Shown here: one piece after another, positions 52,190-64,000 of the stretch
Numbering within the stretch: position 1 is the stretch's first letter
How the letters are laid out: each line of letters begins with the position of its first letter
Source of the DNA: Owenia fusiformis
Taxonomy: Eukaryota
DNA: 64,000 bases
Direction of reading: 5' to 3'
Assembly: GCA_903813345.2 (NCBI GenBank)
Contig: CAIIXF020000001.1
Coordinates: 14,446,001-14,510,000 of the forward strand
Notes under the pieces: generated by a model
What the model was told of the DNA's origin: nothing
The model's database searches: none
What the model saw: only the letters and a program-made list of their open reading frames with translations
Position numbers and translations under genes: made by a program

Positions 52190-53560
52190 AAACCTCTGTC
52201 GATAGGGTTCCTGTTTTAAGTTATTTTTATTAAACATCAATACAAAAACCTTTGTCTCCTGGTTCAAAAGTTTGCCTATTTTCAAAATTCCCGCACGTTT
52301 TGTCTCGCAGTCATATGATATCATTGCAGGATGTGACCAATCGCGAGCACGTGCTCTCTCGGGGCCGCGCATGAGAAAATCAAAATTTGAAATCGTAGAG
52401 ATGACGTTTATTTCATAAATATCAGTTCAACAACATCATCATTTCTAAACTACGGTAATACTTTTAAGTTACTCGATCTAAACTTGTAGTGAATGATCAT
52501 AAAACAACAGCGAACATTCTGAGGTCAATTCCGATGGCAAACAAGACATGTTTATAAAATTGGTTATCGAATGTGCCAATAACAAAGAAAGCTTGCCTAT
52601 TTTCAATATGGCCGCCCATTTTGTCCCGCAAAGGACCCGATTCAGATTCTACTCGTATTTCCGCCTCCCCATTGAAAATATAAATTTACCTGATATTTCA
52701 AAATGAATTATTACATTTATGTATCAGTATATCTTGTCGACGTATATTTAGCATTGTATTGTTGAATGACGAATGAGTGAAGATACTGATATCCATGAGT
52801 GGATATAATTGATTTATTTTTGAAAAACTATAGGATTGTCCGTTTATTCCATAGGAAATCATTACCCAGCGAAATTAAAATTTGCAAAAATAAAATTTGA
52901 AAAAAGATCTGAAAAAAAGAATTTGGGAAATTAAAAGATAAATTTCATTTTTGAAAAAATGTAAAAAAGTGAAAAAATTGTAAAAAATTACTGAGGAAAA
53001 TTTTGAACAAATAATTTGAAAAAATCGAATATCACTTTTGGAACCATCGAAATCACTTTTGAAACCATTGAATATCACTTCTTAATACGTATGAATATTG
53101 ACCTATTATCCCATGGTTACAAGGATATAAATCGAGTATCGGGTGAAGATATATTTGATATGTGGATCAATATATCATGCAAAAATCCCCAAACCATCGA
53201 ATATCACTTTCGAAACCATCGAATATCACTTCTTATTTGCTTTCAGCCATTTTAGTTATCATTGATTTACTCTATCTGTCGATAGGATTCCCGTTTTAAG
53301 TTATTTTTGCAATTGTTTAACATCAATACAGGAAACCCCAAAATGACTCCTAATTCAAAAGCTGGCCTATTTTCAAAATGGTCGCCATTTTTGTCTCGCA
53401 AAAGCTGGACCATTTTCTCAGTCAACAAAAGTGGAATGATTTAAAACCTTGGTCACTACGATTACTGTTTCAAATTATTTTGGTTAATTTTCAATACTGA
53501 AGTCCCTCTTGTGAGCCCCGGTTCAAACACTCGCCTATTCCCAAAGTGGCCGCCATTATA
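52190..53560. repeat. Degenerate repeat cluster (CCTATTTTCAAAATGGCCGCC units; 22-bp ATCGAATATCACTTTTGGAACC units)
   Basis: 52195-52310 resembles 53275-53400; core motif also at about 52596 and 53533; short tandem units at 53025-53230. Confidence 0.6.
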
Positions 53561-53600
53561 GTCGCAGAAAATTCACTTTTGGATCATTCAGTAGCTTTAA

Positions 53601-53954
53601 GGATGTTCCCTGGACGAAGTTGAAAACGATGAACACCAACCCCTAATTTTTCTTTTCAAAATGTGAAGTACATAGCATAACTAAGTGTTTCTGTGAGTTT
53701 AAGAAAAAGTTAAATATTCAAAAGTGTGTTTTGGGGTGAAAACCTGATTTTTAACATGGGTTTCAATGAGAAAGTGCCACGCCCACTTTTGTCAAATATT
53801 GACACTTTAGAGGCCTCTTGCTCAGAAAAAAGCACACTAACATATGGTTTTTAAAGTTTTAATATTCTTTGTTGCCCGTGAGAATCCCAGAAAACCATTT
53901 TTGAGAAAAAGTTAAATACTATTGAATATTTTCCTATCTGACCAGGGAACATCC
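53601..53954. mobile_element. Kolobok-type MITE
   Basis: TTAA|GGATGTTCCCTGG...CCAGGGAACATCC|TTAA: perfect 13-bp TIR, RR...YY termini. Confidence 0.8.
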
Positions 53955-54225
53955 TTAAAAATAATTTTAAGTCTCCTGCATTGTGTAAACACATACCACT
54001 GTAAACAGCATGCAGTTCAATGTGATAATTTTGTAAGAAAATTGGCAAAATTTTATATCGATATCTTTTTTATTGTCGGCCATTTTAGTCATCTTTCACT
54101 TTTCTCTTTTTGAGCAACACCATGTGCCCAGTGCCCACTGTGCTATTTTTTCTGTTTGGTCTCATCAGGTAAATAATGAATTTTTATTGAAGACTATGCG
54201 CATCAAGGAAAGGGGTTTTATGATA

Positions 54226-54403
54226 CAGGGTGGTCGAAAATGAGTGCAACCCATAAATGTGCTTGTCTTTCTATATATGATCTGTCTTTTACAAACGTTT
54301 GGAACCGATTTGTTATCAACTGAGCTCAATATATCAGCATATATCTTTTTAGGTATAGAAATGACAAGCCCATTTATGGTTTGCATTTTATCGGGTCACC
54401 CTG
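54226..54403. mobile_element. Short Tc1/mariner MITE
   Basis: TA|CAGGGTG...CACCCTG|TA with about 45-bp imperfect TIRs. Confidence 0.78.
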
Positions 54404-54749
54404 TAATTGGGCAATATATCATGGGGATGGCGTCAGATACAAAATATTCTTGAACATTAGATTGTAGGATATGAGGATCACCACATTGCAATAACAACTG
54501 GCTCAAAGGTAATGCTGTAATCTCAGGATGGGTGAAAGAAGATACATTAACTAAGTGTAGAGTTAAGATGAACTAAGAGAATTCTTCTTTAAAAGACTGA
54601 TTAATCCTGCCGACTTAATCCGTCAAAACAGCTGGGACGCTGAACCTGTCCCATTGGATGTTTTCACTGAATTATCATGACTTGCTCTATTCATAAAAAG
54701 CCAAACTAAAGAACGTTTGGAAAAACGAATGACTTGATGGAATCTTGAA

Positions 54750-55610
54750 TATCATTTTTCATTCCATGATGGTGAAATTCCCTGCAATCCGATTGGTACA
54801 TGTGACTTAAATATATCCTGTATTAACACGCACTCTCAACTTAGCGTTGGATGCAGAGTGAAAAATGACGTCACCGTTGGAATACGGTTCTGGGGTCCGT
54901 TTTTGAAACCATCGTAACTTACGATTTGGTCGCAAGTCATTGTTAATCAAAACAGAGACAAATGGTTTTCTCGGAATCGTAAGTTACGATCGTACGAAAA
55001 ACGAACCCCAGTATCCCAACGCCCAAGATTTCCATCCGGGATATGACTGTCACTGAAAAATTCGATGGCGATTAGTTAAGCTGTCGCGTGCTAATCTTTG
55101 CATTTTGCTATAAATATCTGTTTTAAAGACCAGGGAATGATACTGTGTTGTGATCATCACAATTTATAATTTGAGGATAAAAACAGCATCTTTGCATATA
55201 AAAAAACAATTTGAAGCATGCACATTGTTTTCATGAACTAGGAAAAATCCAATATGGCAGACGAAAGTCGAAAAAATGTTTCGCTACACTGCACTTTCAG
55301 CTGATGAAATTGAAGAGAAGGACATAAGATTAAATACGTACCGAATAATACAAGAAAGGCAAATAACAAGAAGAAATACATCGATGGGGTGAGTAAATTT
55401 GATCCGTCTGAATTTTCTCCGGCCAGGCCAAGGAATTGGATTTGATTTTAGGAGAGTTTCATATGAGTGATCATGCCATGGAATAAAAACGTTATTCACT
55501 GATTTCTCGTGAAATACAAAAATATTCTTCCCGAGCGCGAGCGCCTCGTGAAATACAGACTTTCGAGGGAATATTTTCTTTATTTCACTCGAATCATTGA
55601 ATAACTTATG
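54750..55610. mobile_element. Asymmetric non-autonomous element (subterminal IR plus terminal hairpin), same architecture as 9961-10330
   Basis: TTTTTCATTCCATG (54755) pairs with CATGGAATAAAAA (55477). Hairpin 55491-55605 bounded by ATAAAAACGTTAT and AATAACTTAT, as in the 10-kb element. Confidence 0.55.
54893..55008. mobile_element. Small Harbinger-like MITE
   Basis: CTG|GGGTCCGTTTTT...AAAAACGAACCC|CAG; internal ATCGTAACTT/AAGTTACGAT inverted motifs. Confidence 0.55.
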
Positions 55611-57213
55611 ATATCACGTGTCTTTTATAACTTGTTTTGTATGGAGTGTAATGTGTATGTGGCTCTCTACTCGAAACTCATTATGTTCTTTGATCATAGT
55701 TTTAATCTTCTGAAAGGAAATAACGTATACTAATCATAATCGATATCCAATTATGTAAAAGAAGATTATGATATACTTAAATAGATTTTGCCAAGGTGTT
55801 ATTTGAATACAACGAGGCAACGAGTAGATTTTGGTACGTACATTAAGCTATACTGTTTCATATTCATTAGTGACACAGCTGCAATATAAGTTTATACCAA
55901 CGTAAAAAGTATAACATTTCAATTATATCCAGTCTCAAGTAATTAATTACTTTGATGCATTTGCTTCCATTTGCACAGTTCCCGTATACCACTCATGATT
56001 ATTCCAAAAATGAGAAATGCATACCTGTACACCAGTCACGAAATACCCTTATTTTGAATATAATTTGAGGAAAGTCAATTTGAATTTATTTAGCAAAAAT
56101 GGGGCTTGACATCAGGTAGGGAGTGATATATCTCTAAACGGCAATAACAACAGGCAAGTGTCACAGTTGGATAAGCAGCAATATCCGTTCTCTTTGTGGT
56201 ATGTCACATACAATTGATGAAGCCGTGGAATCAAATAATACTTGTAATTTCAACCACTTACTGTAAGCCGATTCAATAAGTTAAATCTGACAGGATGGTT
56301 TATTTATCATTGCTTGAGACTCTCCATGTGATTCTTTTATCTAATTGATCTAAGATATTTATGCTCAAGATGAAAGCCTTATAGGTTTTAACCTGTAGTT
56401 TCATCATTAGCGAATGTGAAAAATAATGGATGCAAGACAGCACGGGCACAACTGTCTTAAGCTTCTTCAATCAGTGGGTTTGATTTATACTTGTTTTTTC
56501 TATAGAAAGCATTGATTTTACCTTAATTGTGAACCATTTGATCAAAGAGGTGGTAATCCCTTACTCATTAACCGACATAGTAATTGCAGATTTGGGGAAT
56601 TTCGTCTTTGATGATATTAATGGCCTACAATTTCAGTTAACCCACCTATTTAAATAACAGTGTTACGAACTTCGCTCATTTTTCACCTTAAAGAACGAGG
56701 GACTCAAAGTTGCGTGTACATATATATTAATGTACTTAGTTAAAGGGATACAAAATGATCGATTTTGAAAATGAAATAAAAATGTAGAGTTGAAGTCATA
56801 TGTGGTATTTTTGATATGATCATCAACTTTAAAATGAACACGGTATCTACTATCTCAAGGAATTTAACATATGAATAAAATCCCCCTAAGTTCTTCTAAC
56901 TTCGGAAGACTTTACCTCGTCTGATTATCATGATCACATGTTCACATAAGATCGATCAGCTAAGATTATGTTACTTTTAGGACCCAAATAAACATCATAA
57001 TCTAGAGAGGAATTTCCGTTTGTATAATAAATCTGTGTGTATATAGGCATATTCGCAATTCTATTTTAGGTAAAGTGAGAGATAATAGATATGGAGTGTG
57101 AACGTGCTGCTACCGGGATGATACATACCATCGTTTGATCCAGGTAACAATTTAAGATGCTCCCTATTCTTAATTCTACTTGAATGCAAATAATGGCTTT
57201 AGTATATATTTAA

Positions 57214-57314
57214 GGAATAAATAATGATAGGCCATTCAATATGGTGAAATTCAGCACGAGTTGGACAGAATGTTGTACAAAGCACGAACCGAAGGGCCTA
57301 TCATTATTTATTCC
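57214..57314. repeat. Hairpin with a perfect 20-bp stem
   Basis: GGAATAAATAATGATAGGCC (57214-57233) / GGCCTATCATTATTTATTCC (57295-57314). Confidence 0.8.
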
Positions 57315-57667
57315 GATTCAAACATAAAAATTAGTAAAAGCCGTGTCTGTGGAACGGGCATGAAGGAAGAATACGCATGCTGTCAAGATTCTGAAGTCGG
57401 CCGGAATTATTTTAGAATTTGTTTGGGCTGTTCTATTTAACTCCCCGTTTTAGATTTTATACGGAAACTCAGAGGGGGAGAAACACCAGGGTTCAAAGAT
57501 GACATACGCTTACAATGTAAATCTGTATTGAGATGACACGGTCGCTGATTGGTCAAAAGTCGACGAACAAATGACGTCATCAATGGCGGTTTCAAAATTT
57601 TCGAAATACGCTTCGAATAATATTATGTTCATTTCTGGCGTGTTAACCAATATCATAGCTTCTCATT

Positions 57668-60027
57668 AGATGCAATTAACGAATCATTTTATACTGGCAC
57701 ATTGCCAACCTCATTTAGAAAAATCATTATTTCACTTTTATACAAAAAAGGTGATAGAGAATTGTTAAAGAACTATAGACCAATAAGCTTATCAAATACT
57801 GACTATAAAATATTAGCCTTTGTACTTGCAGACAGGCTACAGTTAGTAGTTGGGAAACTTATCAGTTTACATCAAACTGCATATATAAATGGTAGATACA
57901 TTGGCAATAGTTGTCGCTTAGTAATAGATATTTTTGATTATTTTAACAACAATAACACGGAACAAGGAACAATTCTATTTTTAGATTTTCAAAAAGCGTT
58001 TGATTCTATTGAATGGAACTTTATGTTTGAAACTTTAAAAAAATTTAATTTTAATGATAACATCATAAAATGGCTCAAATTATTATATACAAATCCATTT
58101 ATTAATATTAAACAAAATGGATGGCTATCTCATAATATTCCTATGGAACGCTCATGTCGGCAGGGCTGCCCCGTTTCTGCAATCGCATTCATATTATGCT
58201 GTGAAGTTATGTCTTTAAAACTGATTCAAAATGAAAAAATCAAAGGAATTGAAATTGATAACACAGAGTATAAAATATCACAATCAGCAGATGATACATC
58301 ATTATTTATGAAAGACAAAGCATCCATAAGTGAAGCATTAAAAACCATTAAACAATTTTCAAAATACTCAGGCCTACAACTCAATTTAAATAAAACAGAA
58401 GGAATATGGCTTGGAACCAATCGTGCTTTTGAAAGTAAATTTGAAAATATTAATTTTACAGATGAACCTGTAAGATATTTAGGCATATACATAGGTCATA
58501 ATGAAAATAAATGCTATGATTTAAACTGGAATGAGAAAATAAATGACCTTGAAAAAACATTAGATTCTTGGAAAAAACGCTACCTTACTTTATTTGGAAA
58601 AATCACTATTATAAAGTCTTTAGCCATATCAAAACTTGTATATTCAGCATCTATTTTATCATTTAAAGAAGAAATTATTAAACGAATTAACAATTTAATA
58701 TACAACTTTTTATGGGATGGGAAGAAAGACAAGATAAGACGAACTATTGTAATAAACTCTATAGACAGTGGAGGTCTAAACATGTTAGATTTTCAATCAC
58801 AGCTAAATGCTCTAAAAGCTGTATGGATTAGTCGTATATATGACAAAAAAAACACATTTAATAAAATTCCGTACTTTTATTTTAGCAAACTGGCTCCGAA
58901 TATGGACATTTTATTAAAAATGAATGTTTTCTCTAATGAGCATCTTGATAGACTGCCTGTGTTCTATAAACAAGTTCTAAAAGCATATAATAGTTGTAAA
59001 GACCATGATATAATCAATAAATTAAAACACCATGAAATAATCCAACAAACCATATGGAATAACAGATTATTTCAATTAAAAGGCAAACCACTTTTCTTCA
59101 AATCTTGGATAGATAGTGATATTATCTATGTCAAAGATCTCATAACTCAAAATGAATTTTTAAATGTTAACTATATTTTTGAAAAGTTAAAAAATAAAAA
59201 AAATTGGATTTCTGAATATTTTCAAGTCCTAACTGTAATGAAATCAATAAAATGCTTTATTAATATAGAACAAGTAAAATTCACAAATATACCAAGAAAA
59301 CCCAACTTTAAAGTAAAAAACATCCAATTAGACTTTAGAGGTAAAAAATCCAATTTCTTTTATACAATACTGAAAAATAAAAAATCTGAAAAATGGTTTA
59401 CCTATAAGAAATGGGAAAGAGATTTTTGTATAACAAATGAAGGTAAAATAGATGAAATAAATTGGCCAAATTTTTTTACTAGCAAGATAATAAAAGTTAA
59501 AGACAAAAAAATTGCCAATTTTAACTTCAAAATAATTAACAATATTCTTCCTGGATTAACTGACTTATTTCTCTATGGGATAACAGATAATTATCATTGT
59601 AGTATTTGCAATAATTTATGTGACTTGAAACATATTATTTTTGAATGTTCCTTAGCAAAAGATATATGGGCACTGATACATAAAACGTGTGGCCTTAATA
59701 TTTCTTACAGAAAAATTATAATTGGTTATAATGGCCATGACTTACATACACATTTTTTAAATTATTTTATCAGCATTGTTACAAACAGTATTTATAAATC
59801 ATATATTTTAGAATTGAATAGTAAAAAACAAAGAACATTTGAAAGCATGGTTTCATTGATAAAATATGAAATTAATTACAGAAAAAATGTATTTTATTGT
59901 TCAAAGTGGAATTTTGTATCAAAACTATTAAAATGAAAATTGTATGAATTATCTACTTTATGTCATTGTTTATGTTATGTAAAATAACCAAAAGTTGAAT
60001 AAAGACTATTTAAAAAAAAAAAAAAAA
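57668..60027 (+). mobile_element. 5'-truncated L1/Tx1-clade non-LTR retrotransposon (different family from 1504-5006)
   Basis: AATAAA 59998-60003, poly(A) 60012-60028, 13-bp TSD ATAGCTTCTCATT at 57655-57667 and 60028-60040. Confidence 0.93.
57702..59936 (+). pseudogene. Truncated LINE ORF2: RT domain and CCHC finger, no endonuclease
   Basis: NYRPISLSN, LDFQKAFD, RQGCPVS, SQSADD, YLGI, CSIC-x7-H-x4-C. The frame is open back to the TSD at 57666 (LDAINESFYTGT); the track's start is a TTG. Confidence 0.9.
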
Positions 60028-61118
60028 ATAGCTTCTCATTTCACATCAAGATAAAGATAGGTGTACGGAATATGCCTATATCAATTATAACATCCCATCG
60101 AAGTGTAGTATTTGATAACTAGCCGATGAAAATTCGAACGAACGAAGGTGGTAAGCAAGAGAGGTAATTATGTCTGTCATCTTGAAACTCTGGGGCTTTC
60201 CCTCCTCTTACGGAAACTTGAAGTCAGCCATAGTTAAATAGTTACAGTAGTTACGGAGGGAGTTAAAAAGAACAGCTATCCCCGGAGAGAGCCCCAGATG
60301 TGCAGCTGAGATGTGACGTCACTCAAAACAATGCAAATTGCAGATTGAATAGAGCATGGTCGTGCATCTATGGAGAATTAGAGAACGTTCTATATTGGCT
60401 ATGCTGCATTCTGATTGGTTGAGAAATTCGAATAGAGCACGGTCATGTTTGAATTAGATTTTGAGGGTGATTAGATGGTGATTCTTAGTATAAATAGGCA
60501 ATACGAACGCACTGAACAAAATTCAAAATATTTCTTTTTCTAGGCACAATGTAAAATACGCGTGTATACTGTATACAGGGTCACAGGGTTTCCAAAGATA
60601 ATTGTACTAAGGTAAACATAAGTGATGAAGGAATATTCTTGTAATTCATTCATCTGAAAGACAATTTGATTATCAAAAAACATGGAAAAGTTTTACAAAA
60701 AATCTGTCCCCAAAAATTGTACCGAGACAAACATGAAATAACTCTGTGAGTGATGAAAGATTATAGGGTGCCTAAAATGTACCAAAAAGTATATCAACAG
60801 AAATATTTCTGCCATCGTCACCCTCAAACTTCTTTCTCTGGAGCTCTGAACTTTATTTAGTTTTAGAGAAAATACTATTTTTGAACTCCAATTTCTTATG
60901 TTTGGGTTGCATTTAGCTCTATATGAATAATGAGCTGGTTATCTAAAATGTTAAATCCTTCAGTAAATATAATTCATTCAAAGGAGTGGTATTGATATGG
61001 TGAACTTTTTGAACACGCGTTTCTCTAAACAAGTCATCAAAACATTCTGAAAATTTTGCACATCGTCAATTTAATGGTCATCCTTTGGATGGTAACATTA
61101 TAATTTTAAATATATATA

Positions 61119-61900
61119 CGAGGGGTGATCCAAAGGTCTTTGACGCCCCGCTCTAACTTTGCTATTTTCTAATATTATTAGATGAAACTTTCAGATATCA
61201 AAGATCTTAACAACTCTATGCATAGGTTTCACCAGAAAATAATATATTTTAGCTAGTTTTCTAAATATTTTAAATACCGGGTCCCTGCCAACCAGAACGG
61301 TATTTAAATATAGCAAATCACTTCACAACTGTTACTATTGGAAATACTTTAGGTGCAGGTGCTCAACACCAGTCATGATATGAGAGAATTTCCGATTTTC
61401 AATCCGAGTGTCATCTGCCATCATCATCGTCACGTATAAGGACCTACTTTTCAACATATTTTCCACGAATTTAGACACATTTGCTGCTGAAGTGCCACTT
61501 TCTTTCAGCCCTCCTTTTAACTTGGAGAAAAGGAAGACAATCACACGGAGCCATATCTAGACTGTATCGTGCATATGATAGCTGCTCAAGGTTACTACTA
61601 GTGAGAATATCTTGTAGTATTCTTTGTTCCACTTTGATTTATTTCATGTTCTGCATTTCAGCAGCCATCTTGGAGCAAAAATGATACCAGAATGGGGGTT
61701 TCTTGTCTGATTCAAAATTCAAAGAAAGATACTGGTCAAGACTTGCGAAACAAGTCAAATGGCGGCAACATTTCAGGCTGAAAGTTGCTATGTGCGAATA
61801 CCGTTCCGGGTGTCAGCGTCCCTATTTTAAAAACTATGTAGAAAACTACATAAAATATATCATTTCTCCATGAAATTAATACACTAAGTAGTTAGGTTGC
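61119..61900 (-). mobile_element. Internally deleted, decayed mariner element
   Basis: TA|CGAGGGGTGATCCAAAGG terminus; inverted match 61235-61318 / 61785-61870. Minus strand near 61625-61500 reads ...LEQLSYARYSLDMAPCD, frameshift, VFLFSKLK, matching the mariner YSPDLAPxD-FLF motif. Confidence 0.75.
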
Positions 61901-64000
61901 TGGTCTTTATTACTGGAACGTTTAAATAAATTGTATCCCCCCTCCTGGCCAAAAATCGTTCAAAATCATGCAGCTTTTCACCTTTCTGAGCACTTTTTAA
62001 GTGATTTTGGCCATTGTTGGACCAAAATTGTCACAAGTGAAACCCCCCTGGAATTTTTCAAAAAGTGAACCCCCCTTGGCAAATCCTGGCTACGGGCCTG
62101 ATTGCACTAAAAAACAAAAAAATGTTAACAAAAACAGTAAATAAAATATATATAGATAATTTTTGCATTAAATTGTTGCCAACATGACATAAAGGACCGT
62201 GTTTTTTAACATAATGTTTTCAATAGTGGTTTAAGACAAAAACATTGTTGAATCCAGTTCACCATTTCGATACCTATCCTTTCTGGGTAATTTTAACTGT
62301 TAATTGGAAAATAATTTTTATACTTCTGTTATGCTGGCAACTTCGATTCATATTTGTAATTTGCGATTAATTTGTCACACGGATAACTCTTGATTCCATC
62401 GATTGTCTGATTCAGTGACCGGCTGTTGCCTAGAGGGTAGCGCACTCGCGTAAACTGTTGACTGGCTATAGTTGCTGACCTAGCATAAACATGTTAGTTA
62501 GTTAATTAGTAAGATATTTATTAAAGTCTCACGTTGTTTACAATTTACATTCTGAAATATCATTCAATAATCAACATGAAGTCGAGTAAGTGAATGTCAA
62601 ATTGGCAGCCATGATCTAGCGACATCGCCAGGTCTTACCTTGATTAATTTGTAAATTGCTTTTTTGACATATTAGATGACAAGCTCCAAATGACTCACAT
62701 ACATTTTTATTTAAAACATAAAACCCAGCGACAAATTATCAAACTTCAAAAATATATTATTTTGTCACTCACAGAATACACTTGTGATTCCTTGTTCGTT
62801 TCAGTTTTTCGGGACACCCGGTGTGAAAGAAATGATGATCCCCCATAGTCCCCAAGGGACTATGGTCCCCTTTCTTAAGCTTAACGGCCCTTACTGGCCC
62901 TAATTGCGTATTGCGTATAAGTATAAGGAAAAGAGTTGTATTGAGGTCACCATATAAATCAATGGAGAGTAGGACCATAATTTGATAGGACCTCCTACCC
63001 TTTTACACCGACATGGACGCATTATCGGAAACCTATTGACCAAACTGAATGCCATCATTATAGCCAACAAGACATTTTTGAAAATTCAAAGTTTCATTTT
63101 GTATTTATTCCAAAGTTCCATAACGTATTTATTCATATTGATTAAAAGTGATTTGGTTGCTCATTTGAAAATTTCATAATGGCGCTGATACGCCCACTTA
63201 GGTTGTCATGTGTAAATGTAAAGTTACATTTGATTTATTTTTATATGACATACTGGAAATGTTCACTTGTACTTTTCTAATATGTCTTATAAAAATAAAC
63301 TATAACACAATAATGATGTAAAACTAAAAAGGAATATGACACGATGATTTCACCACTTATATGATAAAGCATTCACTCTCAAAATGATGTGGGATAGACA
63401 AAATAAAGTGCACAGGGTTTCAGATTCAGCATCCAGCCGCAAATTAAAGCTGGCGCCATAATCCACAAAATAAAACAACCCAGCCAGTCGTAGGAAGAAA
63501 TTGCGTCAGATTCCGATCACTTTCCCTCAACCATTAATGCCATAACGAGCATACATCTAGATAGACTAAATATTATACTATCCCGATCTTTGTATTTTGA
63601 AATTCGTGTTTACTTTGACATGATTTCACTTATTTGTGGAAGCTAGAAACCAGATAGAAATTACCCAGAACGCAGAGTTAGCATTCTTTATTGTGACTTT
63701 TTGCCCTTATTTTTTCTCACATAGCGTCAGATATTTAGATACAAAGTGTCATTTTATGGGTTACATTAAATCGTTTTAAAAGGTATATACAAGTTGCCGT
63801 TTTCGAGCTATCGTTGGAGTCACCTGTATGAGCATACAATTTCAATAAAAACTTGTATTGTATAGTTGAGTTTTCAATTATTTATTCCAAAAATGTCATC
63901 CCTTTTAACAGAGCTTGATAAGAAAATGCTAAGGTTCGTGACAACGTGGACAGCCTACCCACACTATTCCCATTACGAAATGGAAGGAGATGTACGTTCT

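Overview
AT-rich animal (invertebrate, plausibly lophotrochozoan) genomic DNA; nothing here looks prokaryotic. The only host gene I can support is a minus-strand class A GPCR of the neuromedin U / pyrokinin (PRXamide) receptor family. Its large coding exon (21646-20731, TM1 to the start of TM6) ends at a phase-1 GT donor. I found no TM6-TM7 exon in the window, so 1-20730 is probably intron; it holds a candidate 87-nt in-frame cassette exon (11137-11051). The rest is a dense patchwork of transposons. There are three 5'-truncated L1/Tx1-type LINEs with poly(A) tails and TSDs (two with long intact ORF2 frames) and a decayed mariner. Many non-autonomous DNA elements can be delimited to the base by TIRs and TSDs: TA-flanked Tc1/mariner/pogo types, TTAA-flanked piggyBac and Kolobok types, Harbinger-like types and a 9-bp-TSD type. 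Most notable: (i) six inverted-repeat elements from about five families with CAC...GTG ends and 5-bp TSDs, the Transib/RAG-transposon signature; (ii) an apparent composite transposon of two MITEs flanking cargo, with its empty site preserved next door; (iii) the candidate GPCR cassette exon; (iv) a shared C|ATR target at all three LINE insertions. All alignments were done by eye. Superfamily names are inferred from termini and TSD rules, not from database hits.
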